Assembly: GCA_950097015.1 (NCBI GenBank)
Contig: CATNEN010000008.1
Coordinates: 1,178,001-1,242,000 of the forward strand
From: Macrostomum hystrix
Taxonomy: Eukaryota > Animalia > Platyhelminthes
Direction of reading: 5' to 3'
Length of the DNA: 64,000 nucleotides
Below the pieces are notes generated by a model, which was not told where the DNA came from, ran no database searches, and worked only from the letters and a program-made list of their open reading frames with translations. Numbering within the stretch: position 1 is the stretch's first letter; each line of letters opens with the position of its first letter. A program made the translations under genes and the position numbers. Positions 13,601 through 28,600 of the stretch are shown here, in pieces.

Positions 13601-16600
13601 TTTTAGGAGGCTGCGGCCGATGGCACATCATTTGGTGACACTAGACCCGCAGCCAGCGAGGAGGCAATTCTGCCCATTCCGCTGACTCCTGAGCACACAC
13701 GCACACAGATACTGTACGCAGGCATACGCTCACACAGGTGTGTACATCTGCACTGACTTTCTCATCGCCAGGCAGTGTACACTCCCACTGTGCCTTGGAG
13801 GTTGGCCCTCAAGAGCGTAAATTGCGCGACATGCCTCCAAAGCCCTTTCTCCGTGGCTTCGCAAAAATGCACTCTGAAGTTTTTAAGTATATTTTGATGT
13901 AATATTTGTGCTTGCTCAGGAGTCAACGGAATGGGCAGAATTGCCTCCTTTCTGGCTGCGGGTCGACTGTCACCAAATGATGTGCCCACCTGAAAATAAA
14001 AATAAACTAAAGTACAGTTCAAGTTTAAAATTTGTATGTAAGGAAAGCTACCAACAGTAGAGTGTTACGATTAATAGTCGGAATTATTTATATTTGCCAG
14101 AATCGTGCTCAGAACAAGTTCCAGACTGTAACGGTGCCCAGTACTATCAAACGGAAGAGAAATTCGAAGGAATGCTACTAACAGTAGTATGTTAAGAAAG
14201 TCCCCTATACGAGATAATCGTAGATTTAAAACTTCCGCACGGACAGTGGACTGTGATCCATCAATTTTTTTTCATTACCCTATCTAAAAATACTTGGTGC
14301 CGCAATTAAGAATGCTCGTCGGAGGATTAAGTCAAGGACACAGTAGGGTTCAGTTGGGGACGAAACTTGGGAATACAACCAAATTCCCGAAGCCTGCAAT
14401 TCATCTGCTGCGGCGCAGCAGGGAGTCTGCGCTGTGCAATCGACGAAGAGAACTGGCCAGCTCTCAGTGTTGCATATCGCCGCATTTTCCACCTGCCGCA
14501 GAGTACAAGCGGAAGAGGACAAGCGAATAACTGGGACGAATTGCGCTAAATTGCCGGGAACAATTCATTATTTCAACTCCCGTTTGCTACAGACTGAGGA
14601 AGAAAAGACAAAAAATAACATTCAGTAGATATGTTCGTGTTTTACTTCTAGGGAAATAGCTTTCGAAAGCGTGGCATTGAACAGCCAGGTAGTCGTTGCC
14701 ATGGGTTCTGCTACATGCAAGCGAAGGTTACCAAAGCCCAGAATCCATACGCGACTTTTCTAGAACTTCCGTCTGGCTGCAGTTGTTGCAAAAAATATTT
14801 TATATTAGTAAATAAATTGTTAGTTCAACGATTTATTCTCCACTAAAACCTACATTAGAATGTCTCTCCATCTCTCTCCATCTCCATATCCCTGCCTATC
14901 TTTCTATCTCCCTCTGTCTCTCTCCATCTCTCTCTATCTCTCTCCATCTCTCTCTATCTCTCTCCAACTCTCTCCATCTCTCTCCATCTCTCTCTATCTC
15001 TCTCCATCTATCCATCTCTCTCCATCTCCTTATCCCTGCCCATCTCTCATCTTTTTCCATCTCTCTCCATCTCTCTCCATCTCTCTCCATCTTCTCCATC
15101 TCTCTCCATCTTCTCCATCTCTCTCCATCTCTCATTCTCTCCCTATCCCTCTCAATCTCTTAATCTTCCTCCATCTCTCATTATCTTTCCACGTCTCTCT
15201 TAATGATCTCCACCTTAAAAGAGAAAGCTAGAAAAATCTCTAGTTGCCATGCTAAATTTGTTGTAAAATTTTATAGAAGCTAAACAGGTTTTTATGAGTT
15301 AAGCTTTTGTCTCGGAATTCCGTTTCATCTGTCATCTGGCCTGGCATTGCCACGCCTGGCATTGCGTTTCTCGAGTCTTGACGAATTCAACTCCATCTCT
15401 TCTTTCACTACCCTTCTCTCCCCCTGCCAGTCAGAAAGTTTCGAAAGAGAAAATCAAATTTCAGTTTTCGTCCAATTGTAGGCCGCTAAAACTGGCCTAC
15501 AGATTTGCCTCTCAATCAACCAGTAGGTAGAATATAAAATGCGTTCCAGTTAGCTAGCATTGCCCAGGCAGAGCTACTGCGCCATCAGCAATATGTACCG
15601 TCGAGCAGCTATTCGGGACGGAGTCAGCGCTCTGCAACGTCCACCAGCGCTGCACCAAGCTCAGCAGCAGCTACTGGTTCCTCCAACATTGCCGCAGCAG
15701 CAGCCACCGCCGCAACAGCAGCGGCAGCAGCAGCACTCGTTTCAGTGGTTAAAGCTACGGCGAAGGCATCCGTTACGTTCACAGCACGGATTATCGCTGA
15801 CTCCGGAGATGGAGAAGTTCTTGCAGTTTCGCGATATGGCAGTGAGAGCTAACTAAACTCAGTAGAGAGTAGAGAGTTTAGAATTCAGAATAGAGAGTAG
15901 TGAGTGGAGACTTAAGAGTAGAGAGTAGAGCAGCGGTCGGCAAACTCCGGCCCGCGAGCCAGATGCGGCCCTCGAAGCTCCCAAATCCGGCCCTCTCTCC
16001 TCTCTCCCGTGTCTCATCTCACCTGTGTCTCATCTTCCCCTGTCTCATCTCTCCCTTTCTCATCTCTACAGTGTCTCATCTCACCCTTGTCTCATATCTC
16101 CTCCTGTCTTATCTCTCTCCTTTCTCATCTTCGCTCAGTCAATTCTGCCCGCTGTCGTATTTTAGCTCTCCGTGGCCCGCACGCTAATAAGCTTGCCGAC
16201 TCCTGGAGTAGAGAGTAGAGAGTTAGGAGTAGAGAGTAGAGGGTAGAGAGCTAAGAGTAGAGAGTAGAGAGTTAAGATTAGATAGTAGAGAGTTAAGATG
16301 AGAGAGTAAAGAGTGGAGAGCAAGGAGTATAGAGTCACGAATTGAGAATGAAGGCTAGAGAGTTGTAAGATTAGAATTGAGAACAGAGAGTAAATAGATG
16401 CTGACAGGCAGAAGAGAGAATAGGTGAGTTAAAAGAATAGTTAAGGGTAAAACAGAGCCAATTGTATGCGAGCAAATTGCACCGAAAGATGAGAGGCCTG
16501 ATAGATAAAAATATTCAGGCGAAAATTAAATGTTAAATCTAATTAAAAATTGCATTGGCATGTATAGCGCCAAATAGGGAGGCCAGAGAGACCATGCTGT

Positions 16601-19600
16601 TTTGTGAAGTGTTTGCCAGTCTGCATGCAGCAGCAGCAGCGGCGGCATGAGCAGTCCAGATCGTGTCCCCAGGGGCCCAGTGGCCTTCTCTCAATTTGTA
16701 ATCTCATTAACCTCCTGTCTGTGCGTGTTAACATTGCAACCCATGCTAAACTATGGTAACTTGACCTCTGATGTACAGTGAGCACACTATTTAATAGTAT
16801 AGTAGTAGTTGACGGTGCTCAGTGAGAATCCCTGGCCTCTTTTGTATTCCATTCCTGATGCTCATTTTTCCCAGTAGAAGCCTGAGGTAGGAAAGGAAAA
16901 TCCTTTAATTTAGTTCGTTAAAAATTTTTAATAAAATGGTAAAAATGTACTTTATATATTCGATTCGCTGGTTTCATGATAATTTGCATGGTAAAAGTTG
17001 GAAATAACTTGACAATTCGATCACAAAAATAGATTTCTAAGTTCAATCGTTAGAAGGCTGAGCTGGGGGGACATTCTTAGAAAACTCTCGGCAAAGTCCA
17101 ACGCTTTCTACCATGACTTTTCTACCATCAAGTGCATTTTAATCGATGGGCGAATGGTCGCTTTGGTGGAAAAGTCCCTCGATAAAGTAATTATGCGTTG
17201 ATCTAAAAAGGCCAACCCCACCAACCCCAAACAAACCCCACCTCCTCAGTGTCAGTCTCTCCGCAGTGTACACCGATGCCAACCAACCCCACCTCCCCAG
17301 TGTCAGTCTAAAGTGTACTATAGTACTAAAATACCTCACGCATACCCACCCGCCCCTGTTCGCACAGAATGGCCTCAATGCGCTTCACTTGGCCGCCAAG
17401 GAGGGCCACACGGCTGTAGTTCGCGAACTGCTGATGCGAAATGCCGACCCGGACGCCTGCACAAAGAAGGGCAACACGGCGCTCCACATCGCCTGCCTGG
17501 CCGGCCAGCTGGACGTCGCCCGCCTACTGATAGAGAAGGGCGCCAAAGTCAACTGCCAATCGCAGAACGGCTTCACTCCGCTATACATGGCCGCCCAGGA
17601 GAACCACGTAGAGGTTGTCCGCCTGCTACTAGCTTCGGGTGCTTCGCAGACACTAGCGACCACGGACGGCTTTACGCCGCTGGCGGTGGCTCTACAGCAG
17701 GGCCACGACAGGGTGGTAGCGATCCTGCTGGAGAACGACACGCGCGGACGCTCGCGAATGCCAGCGCTTCACGTGGCGGCCAAGAAAGACGATACCAGGT
17801 CGGCAGCGCTGCTCCTCACGGCTGACTGCGACGCCAACCAGCAGGCCGGCAGCGGCTTCACGGCGTTGCACATCGCCGCTCACTACGGCAGCGCCGGAGT
17901 CGCCGGTCTTCTGCTGGAGCGCGGCGCGGACCCGGGCTATCCGGCCAGGAACGGAATCGCCCCGCTACACGTGGCGGCAAAGTGGGGCACACTGGCCGTT
18001 GCGCAGCGCTTGCTGGACGCCGGAGCTGGGGTCGATTGCAAGACACGCGACGGCCTGACACCGTTGCACTGCGCGGCTCGCTCGGGGCAGACCGCAGTAC
18101 TGGAGCTGCTGCTGGCGAGACGGTCCGGCGTGGCCGTGCGCTCGCGAAGCGGCCTAACTCCGCTGCACATGGCGGTGAGTAGTCCTTTTGAAAATCAGAT
18201 TTTGTCTCGATTCCAGAGACGCATTACGGATTGAGCTGGTGCTGTGCTTCGGTTTAGGGTTAGGGTTAGGGTTAGGGTTAGGGTTATGGTTTGGGTTACC
18301 CAGTTTTTAATAGTTATAGTTTTCAGCTAAGTGTAATCTACACCCGGAACTACGAGCCCCATCAATCTCGTTATAGGTAACAAAGACTAGATAAGTTTTT
18401 GGTGGATTATCAAGTTCATTGTAAATTTCAGATACACATGAAACACTAGACTCAAAGCCAAGGCCGTAAACAAGCTCCCCAAGCCTTCTCTCCCCGGCTG
18501 AGCGCCATATGAATGCAGCCTTGCCACGGAATCGAGCTCTGGGACTTTAGCGCAAGAGGCAAATGCGATAACAGCTTTGCCACTTAATCTCCCAAACGCT
18601 GGTAGACGCAGCTAATTGGCAGCTTTTTTACTACAGGTTCAAGGCGATCACGCAGATTGTGCTCGTCTGTTGCTTAGCAACGGAGCGCACACAGAGGACG
18701 CCACGGTGGACCTGCTGACGCCGCTGCACGTGGCGGCGCACTGCGGGTTCGCCGGCTCCGCGCAGCTCCTGCTGGACCACGGATGCCGGGTGGCGCCACG
18801 CGCATTGAACGGCTTCACGCCTTTACACATCGCCTGCAAGAAGAATCGGCTTCGCGTCGTCGAGCTGCTGCTGGCGCGGGGCGCCGATCCGTCCGCGGCC
18901 ACGGAGTCCGGCCTCACTCCGCTGCATGTGGCGGCCTACATGGGTCACGCGGCGATTGTGTCCAGACTGCTGGAGCCGCCGCCGATAGCGTCGGAGTCCG
19001 GCGGCGGAGACTCCGCTGCGGACATCGGCAAGGCTTCGCAGGCGGCGGCTTTGGCGGCGATTTCAGCCACAACCGTCCGAGGCGAGACGCCGCTTCATCT
19101 GGCGGTGCGCGGAGGCCAGGCTGAGGTGGTCCGCCTGCTGCTGGAGAAAACCGGCCGCGGCTGTCCAGTGGACGCGACGGCCCGAGACAGCCAGACGGCG
19201 CTGCATATCGCCTGCAGAATCGGCAACTCGGAAGCGGTGGCTCTGCTGCTGCAGGTTAGGACAACGAGATCGCCATTTACTACTAGGGAACAGTAGCTAC
19301 GAGCGTAGAAATGCGCTGGTTTTTACTACGAGAGCACTAAAATTTGTAGTTTAATGCATTCGGATTTGAAAGAAATCGAAACAAATAGTTTAAATCATTT
19401 CATTAGTGTTCAAGATCACACTGATCCTTTTCAAACACCAACTGGACCAATTCAAACTCACACAAAGACCTTAATAATATTTGCAGAAGGGCTGTAGGCA
19501 TTGATTTGTCATTTGTTAATGTTATACCTGCGACCAGCGAGAGGCATTTCCGCCCATTTCACTGACTCCTGAGCACACACTAAAAAGGATACGTAAACAG

Positions 19601-22600
19601 GCGCACACTCACACAGAGGGGTGAACACCAACCCAGAGTTTTTTCAGTCAGTGCACACTCAAACCACAGAAGTGCTCAAACTCAATCTCCAAATTTGACT
19701 AGGCTGGCGCCGACCCCAACGCAGCCAGTAAGGACGCGTACACACCGCTGCACGCCGCCGCCAAGGAGGGACACGAGGAGCCGGTCCGACAGCTGCTGGA
19801 CGCCGGCGCAGACGCTCACGCGGCCACGCGTCGCGGAGCAACGCCGCTGCACACTGCGGCCAAGTACGACAGAGCCGGCGTCATTCACCAGCTGCTGGCC
19901 AGGGCCGATGCCGCAGAGGCCAACGTTCGCGGTCGGAACGGCCTCACGCCTTTGCACCTGGCGGCTCACTACAACCGCATGGCAGCCGCCCGCGCCCTGT
20001 TGAAAGCCGGCGCGAGCCCCGTCTGCGCCGCCAGCAACGGCTTCACGCCGGTGCACATCGCGGCCAGGCGCGGCGCCTCCGAGCTGGCCGCCTGCCTGCT
20101 TGACGCCGCCGGTTCCGGCGCCGCTTGCGCCTCGTCGAAGGGCGGTTTCGCGCCGTTGCACCTGGCCGCGCAGGAGGGCCACGCCGAGCTCTGCGACCTG
20201 CTGATTGCCCGCGGAGCGCGAGTTGATCAGGCCTCCAATGGCGGCGTGGCCCCGCTGCATCTAGCCGCTCAGGTGAATTCACGATGTACTCCGCAAAGCC
20301 GCAAATTTGTAATGGAGAAAATTTAAATAGATTCAGATCCAGAGATGACGCATTTGACCCTCGCGCTGAAGTCCCTGAGCTCGACTGAGACTTCCTCGGG
20401 GAGGCCACAGTTTAATTTATCTAAAGTACATGCAAGAGACTATCAACCGAGTAAGTTGTCTGTCAAGTGGCAGAGGGATCTAACGCGCCTTTTAGCCTGG
20501 AGAAGGCTTTGGGCTTGTCGTGTGATTTTCGACTATGAGGGCCAACTCCGAAGGCAGGGTATTTGTACACTGCCTGAAAATAATAAAAAAGGCATATGTA
20601 CAAACTTATGCCAGTTTGCTCCTGCGCACATATACTTTTACATTTAAAACTGTATCTGTACCTGCACACAAACATACTACAGGAGGACCGTCTGGCAGCG
20701 GCTGAGACGCTGGTCGTTCGCCACGGCGCTCAGGTGGACCCGACCACCCTGGCAGGCTTCACACCTCTACACGCCGCCTGCTATTTCGGCCGTCTGTCAG
20801 CCGCCCGCTTCCTGCTGGGCCACGGGGCTGCGTCTTCGGCGAGAGCCAACTCTGGCAGCTCCACGCCGCTTCACCTGGCAGCTCAGGAGGGCCACCTGCA
20901 GCTGGTGCTGGCGCTGCTGGCTGGGGGAGCTGAGCCCAGGCCTCTAAATGTGGTGAGGCGGTCAACTTGAAACCCTACAATGAACCAGGACTCCCCACAA
21001 TAAACTAAACCAGGACTCCCCACAATGAACCAGAATTACCTACAATAAACCAGAACTCCTCACAATGAACCAGAACACCCACAATGAACCAGAACTCCCC
21101 ACAATGAACCAGAACTCCTCACAATGAACCAGAACACCCACAATGAACCAGAACACCCCACAATGAACCAGAACACCCCGCAATGAACCAGAACACCCGC
21201 AATGAACCAGAACACCCCGCAATGAACCATGACTACCCACAATGAACCGGGACTTCCCACAATGAATAAGGAGACCCACAATCAACCAGGACACTACACA
21301 ATTACGAGCCCGTAATTAGGGCACTCGACTATAAACCACACACTAAAAGGGAGTGAGTGGCAAAGCGGTCAGCGCATTTGCCTCTCGCACGAAAGTCACC
21401 GAGCTTGATTCCGCGGCGAGGCCACGTTTATTTGGGGCTTTTCGCGCTATTTTCGTCCTCGACGGCCAATTTTTAAAGTCACAGCGAAAGTGAAAGTGAC
21501 AATGAGAAAGTCAGAACCAGATGTGAGCGGATGCCTGCGTTCGGTATCAGCTATAGGAGTCAGCTATTTGGCTCCTCTAAACCTGGACTAGAGACTCACA
21601 ATGAACCAGCACAACGCACACTATACCTGATACAAGAAACCTGTTTGAGCAGAAATTAGATTAAACTATCAAACTCTGGAATAAAAACAGGACAGAAAAC
21701 TAATTAGTGTTTTCCTAATGCTCATCGAAAAAAGTGTGTAAAATTTCTAGTTCTCTACTTATATTAGAGTAATGAATGTGTTGCAAATATCGTAGATCAG
21801 AAAAAAAGAAATTTAATTAAGAAATTTATCGCCTGCTCTCCAGCACGGTCACACGCCGGCCCAGTTAGCTCGATTCCGCGGTCATCGAGAAGTCTTCGAA
21901 GCTCTCCGTCAAGCTGAAGGCGGGGCCAGCGTGCACACCTGGGAAGAGGAGGAAGTGACCACAATCGAGGAAACTGTGGAGATCTGCCGCCCGGACACCT
22001 TGGTGGAGCAGAACATGTCCGATTCAGACGAGGATGCTGGTAGGCCTACTCACGAACTGGACCTCTTCAAACTCAGGAACTGGGCCTCTTCAAACTCACG
22101 AACTGGACCTCTTCAAACTCACGAACTGGACCTCTTCAAACTCACGAACTGGGCCTCTTCAAAATCACGAACTGGACCTCTTCAAACTCACGAACTGGAC
22201 CTCTTCAAACTCACGAACTGGACCTCTTCAAACTCAGGAACTGGACCTCTTCAAACTCACGAACTGGACCTCTTCAAACTCAGGAACTGGGCCTCTTCAA
22301 AATCACGAACTGGACCTCTTCAAACTCACGAACTGGACCTCTTCAAACTCAGGAACTGGGCCTCTTCAAAATCACGACTGGGCCTCTTCAAAATCACGAA
22401 CTGGACCTCTTCAAAATCACGAAATGGACCTCTTCAAACTCACGAACTGGGCCTCTTCAAAATCACGAACTGGACCTCTTCAAACTCACGAACTGGACCT
22501 CTTCAAACTCACGAACTGGACCTCTTCAAACTCACGAACTGGACCTCTTCGAATTCACGAACTGGACCTCTTCGAATTCATGAACTGGAGCTCTTCAAAC

Positions 22601-25600
22601 TCACGAACTGGACTTAAACACCCACAAACAACGAACCGAAAAAAAACTCAATTTAAGACTCATTCAATTTAATTAAGTGAAACGCATGCTGCACTTTTAA
22701 GACAAGACTTCTGAAACGACACAGAGAGACAGTAGTAAGTAGATCATTTTATCCCAACCGGCAAGGCCTTGCCGCTTCCTTCCTTCCCTCTGTCTCTCTG
22801 GGTCTCTCTGCTTGCTAGGCAAAGCCAGTTCTCTTTTCGTCTTCAAAGTCAGACGAAGGAAATTAAGAATATCGATTGGTCGTATTTCAAATCGTGTTGA
22901 GCCTGTGTCGTGTTGTTTCCGACATCCCCTCCTGTCTGATTTGGGTAAGGGCTTATCTCATCATCTTATCGAACTCAGCCACTGGTAGATGATGTACTTT
23001 TCCTACTCTGGAGTATATTAATTCCAAAAGGATAAATTTTTTACTATTTCGTCTGTCCACTCAACAGTGCAACAGTTTGAGTTCACTGAGATGCCGCCAT
23101 CGCCGAAATTCACGCCAATCACAACGAAACAATCAGCAAAAGCAGCAGCAGCAGCAGCGACTGGTTCAGACCAGGAGAAACCAAAGGGTTAATACCATCG
23201 GCTTTTTTAGGCTGAATCTTTGCTGTGATTTGCTGTACGAAAAAATGAATTGTTTGTCTGTTTTGAAATCGCATGCCATCACATCAGATACAAAATCAAG
23301 GGGTTCTGTAGCATCTATAAATCCAGTTATTTACAGGATCTATGAATTTACAGAATCTAGGCATTTACAGAATCTAGGAATTTAAATAATCTAGGAATTT
23401 ACAGAAATAGGAATTTACAGAATCTAGGAATTTACAGAATGTAGGAGTTCACGAAATCAAGGAATTTACAGAATCTAGGAACTTACAGAATCTAGGAATT
23501 TACAGAATGTAGGAATTTACAGAATCTAGGAATTTACAGAATCTAGGAATTTACAGAATCTAGGAGTTCACGAAATCAAGGAATTTACAGAATCTAGGAA
23601 TTTACAGAATATAGGAGTTCACGACATCAAGGAATTTACAGATTCTAGGAATTTACAGAAAAAGGAATTTACAGAATCTAGGAATTTACAGAATCTCGGA
23701 ATTTACAGAAAAAGGAATTTACAGAATCTAGGAATTTACAGAATCTAGGAACTTACAGAATCTAGGAATTTACAGAATCTAGGAACTTACAGAATCTAGG
23801 AATTTACAGAATCTAGGAATTTACAGAATCTCGGAATTTACAGAATCTAGGAATTTACAGAATCTAGGAATTTACAGAATCTAGGAATTTACAGAATCTG
23901 GGAACTTACAGAAATAGGAAATTACAGAATCTAGGAATTTACAGAAAAAGGAATTTACAGAATCTAGGAATTTACAGAATCTCGGAATTTACAGAAAAAG
24001 GAATTTACAGAATCTAGGAATTTACAGAATCTAGGAACTTACAGAATCTAGGAATTTACAGAATCTAGGAACTTACAGAATCTCGGAATTTACAGAAAAA
24101 GGAATTTACAGAATCTAGGAATTTACAGAATCTAGGAATTTACAGAATCTAGGAATTTACAGAATCTAGGAACTTACAGAATCTAGGAATTTACAGAATC
24201 TAGGAATTTACAGAATCTCGGAATTTACAGAATCTAGGAATTTACAGAATCTAGGAATTTACAGAATCTAGGAATTTACAGAATCTGGGAACTTACAGAA
24301 ATAGGAAATTACAGAATCTAGGAATTTACAGAATCTAGGAATTTACAGAATCTGGGAACTTACAGAAATAGGAAATTACAGAATCTAGGAACTTACAGAA
24401 TCTAGGAATTTACAGAATCTAGGAATTTACAGAATCTGGGAATTTACAGAATCTGGGAATTTACAGAATCTCAGAATTTACAGAATCTAGGAATTTACAG
24501 AATCTGGGAACTTACAGAAATAGGAAATTACAGAATCTAGGAATTTACAGAATCTGGGAACTTACAGAAATAGGAAATTACAGAATCTAGGAACTTACAG
24601 AAAAAGGAATTTACAGAATCTAGGAACTTACAGAATCTAGGAATTTACAGAATCTAGAAATTTACAGAATCTGGGAATTTACAGAATCTGGGAATTTACA
24701 GAATCTCAGAATTTACAGAATCTAGGAATTTACAGAATCTGGGAACTTACAGAAATAGGAAATTACAGAATCTAGGAACTTACAGAAATAGGAATTGACA
24801 GAATCTTAGAAATAAAAGAAAAGAGAATATAAAAATGTGTGGATAACAATGATATTTACAATTTTAGCGAATCTGCAGATCAGTTCACAAACATTCTATT
24901 TCTAATGCCCAAGGGCTAACTAGCAGTGCTTTCAAAGTAACTGCAGAAAATGAAACATCATATGGCAGAAATAATTCAATAAAATGTATCTATAAGAAAT
25001 TCCCCAAATTTCTCTGCCATAAAAATTAACATAAAATATGTTTAAGACAGAGCACGTGAATTATTATTTACGAGTACAAAACTACTTTATATTGGAGATC
25101 GGCAATTCATACTCGTTTACTCATTGTCAAGGGCTACAACCGACCAACAATTCAAATTTTAAAGTTCAAAATTATCCATTTGTCTGACTGTCATCATTCA
25201 TTATCCACTGTCTGACTGTCATCATTCATTATCCACTTGTCTGACTGTCATCATTCATTATCCACTTGTCTGACTGGCATCATTCATTATCCACTGTCTG
25301 ACTGTCATCATTCATTATCCACTGTCTGACTGTCATCATTCATTATCCACTTGTCTGACTGTCATCATTCATTATCCACTGTCTGACTGTCATCATTCAT
25401 TATCCACTTGTCTGACTGTCATCATTCATTATCCACTGTCTGACTGTCATCATTCATTATCCACTTGACTGACTGTCATCATTAATTATCCACTTGTCTG
25501 ACTGGCATCATTCATTATCCACTTGTCTGACTGGCATCATTCATTATCCACTGTCTGACTGTCATCATTCATTATTCACTTGACTGACTGTCATCATTAA

Positions 25601-28600
25601 TTATCCACTTGTCTGACTGGCATCATTCATTATCCACCTGTCTGACTGTCATCATTCATTATCCACTGTCTGACTGTCATCATTCATTATCCACCTGTCT
25701 GACTGTCATCATTCATTATCCACTGTCTGACTGTCATCATTCATTATCCACTGTCTGACTGTCATCATTCATTATCCACTGTCTGACTGTCATCATTCAT
25801 TATCCACTTGTCTGACTGTCATCATTCATTATCCACTTGTCTGACTGGCATCATTCATTATCCACTGTCTGACTGTCATCATTCATTATCCACCTGTCTG
25901 ACTGGCATCATTCATTATCCACTGTCTGACTGTCATCATTCATTATCCACTTGTCTGACTGTCATCATTCATTATCCACTTGACTGACTGTCATCATTCA
26001 TTATCCACTGTCTGACTGTCATCATTCATTATCCACTTGTCTGACTGTCATCATTCATTATCCACTTGACTGACTGTCATCATTCATTATCCACTTGTCT
26101 GACTGTCATCATTCATTATCCACCTGTCTGACTGGCATCATTAATTATCCACTTGTCTGACTGTCATCATTCATTATCCACTTGTCTGACTGTCATCATT
26201 CATTATCCACCTGTCTGACTGGCATCATTCATTATCCACTGTCTGACTGTCATCATTAATTATCCACTTGTCTGACTGTCATCATTCATTATCCACTTGA
26301 CTGACTGTCATCATTCATTATCCACTTGTCTGACTGTCATCATTCATTATCCACCTGTCTGACTGGCATCATTAATTATCCACTGTCTGACTGTCATCAT
26401 TCATTATCCACTTGTCTGACTGTCATCATTCATTATCCACTTGACTGACTGTCATCATTCATTATCCACTTGACTGACTGTCATCATTCATTATCCACTT
26501 GACTGACTGTCATCATTCATTATCCACCTGTCTGACTGGCATCATTCATTATCCACTTGACTGACTGTCATCATTCATTATCCACTTGACTGACTGTCAT
26601 CATTAATTATCCACTTGACTGACTGGCATCATTCATTATCCACTTGACTGACTGTCATCATTAATTATCCACTTGTCTGACTGTCATCATTCATTATCCA
26701 CTTGACTGACTGTCATCATTCATTATCCACTTGTCTGACTGTCATCATTCATTATCCACCTGTCTGACTGGCATCATTAATTATCCACTGTCTGACTGTC
26801 ATCATTAATTATCCACTTGTCTGACTGTCATCATTCATTATCCACTTGACTGACTGTCATCATTCATTATCCACTTGTCTGACTGTCATCATTCATTATC
26901 CACTTGACTGACTGGCATCATTCATTATCCACTTGTCTGACTGGCATCATTCATTATCCACTTGTCTGACTGTCATCATTCATTATCCACTTGACTGACT
27001 GTCATCATTCATTATCCACTTGACTGACTGTCATCATTCATTATCCACTTGTCTGACTGTCATCATTCATTATCCACCTGTCTGACTGGCATCATTCATT
27101 ATCCACTTGACTGACTGTCATCATTCATTATCCACTTGACTGACTGTCATCATTAATTATCCACTTGTCTGACTGTCATCATTCATTATCCACTGTCTGA
27201 CTGTCATCATTCATTATCCACTTGACTGACTGTCATCATTCATTATCCACTTGACTGACTGTCATCATTCATTATCCACTTGTCTGACTGGCATCATTCA
27301 TTATCCACTTGACTGACTGTCATCATTCATTATCCACTTGACTGACTGTCATCATTCATTATCCACTGTCTGACTATCATCATTAATTATCCACTTGTCT
27401 GACTGTCATCATTCATTATCCACCTGTCTGACTGTCATCATTCATTATCCACTTGACTGACTGTCATCATTCATTATCCACTGTCTGACTATCATCATTC
27501 ATTATCCACTTGTCTGACTGTCATCATTCATTATCCACTGTCTGACTGTCATCATTCATTATCCACTGTCTGACTGTCATCATTCATTATCCAATTGGCT
27601 GAATTATCATCATTATCAACAAACATTATTATAAGATACTAGAGGCATTCTTAATCGTTCAGACAATTACGAAATGCCTACTCATGACTGGCATTCATTA
27701 TTTAGTAGCTACAAAATTACTGTTCTTTTCTGTGTCCCGTAGCGAGCAATGTCTCGCCTCAAAAAACTAGTTTGTTTGGTGATGAGTTTAAATTGCAACT
27801 AAAGCTGTTTGCTATGAGGTCTGCGAGGCTTGCAGAGCGGGTTCGTACTGGTTGCTGGCCAAATTAAAAATGCCAATTATATCCGCTTACCAGTGTTTGC
27901 TTATTTTAGAAACTTAAATTAATTTTTTTGGCTTCTAAAACCCGCATGTTAAGGCTATGAAATTGTTTTAGCGTAGATAATGAATGCGACATCGCGACCG
28001 GATTCACCAGTTTAACAACAACAAGTTTTAAGTTTTTTTTCCATTCCAAACTTTGCAGGAGAGTCAAAGAGTCTAGACGAGACAACAGGAGATATTGAGA
28101 AGATGGGTACGCTGTCTACGCAGAAGGTAAGCGAGTAGATTGACTAGTAGATTGATAAATTGGTAGATTGATAGACTAGTAGATTGATAGACTAGTAGAT
28201 TGATAGACTAGTAGATTGATAGACTAGTAGATTGATAGACTAGTAGATTGATAGAATAGTAGATTGATAGACTAGTAGATTGATAGACTAGTAGATTGAT
28301 AGACTAGTAGATTGATCAACTAGATTGATAGACTAGTAGATTGATCAACTAGATTGATAGACTAGTAGATTGATCAACTAGATTGATAGACTAGTAGATT
28401 GATCAACTAGATTGATAGACTAGTGGATTGATAGACTAGGCTTTCTGGTTAATAGATTGATGACTCGTAAATCGCTAGTTATAAATATTCATATACTCGA
28501 GGTTTTAAAACTTATAGTCGCAAAGATTGATAGATTGATCGATTCGCTATTTGATATGTTTAAATGGTTCTAGATAGGAGGTTCAATAATAACTCTCTCT

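Noticed and set aside
14367-14549. GC-rich short ORF ([21 protein letters not shown]) in ankyrin intron
   Set aside because: No convincing splice sites in a usable phase and no recognisable homology.
21350-21424. Functional tRNA gene
   Set aside because: The B box and stems are degenerate. It is kept only as a tRNA-derived element.
21931-22672. ORFs extending the ankyrin exon into a 23-aa repeat ([23 protein letters not shown])
   Set aside because: The repeat is a 23-nt intronic minisatellite read through three frames. A good donor at 22039 precedes it.
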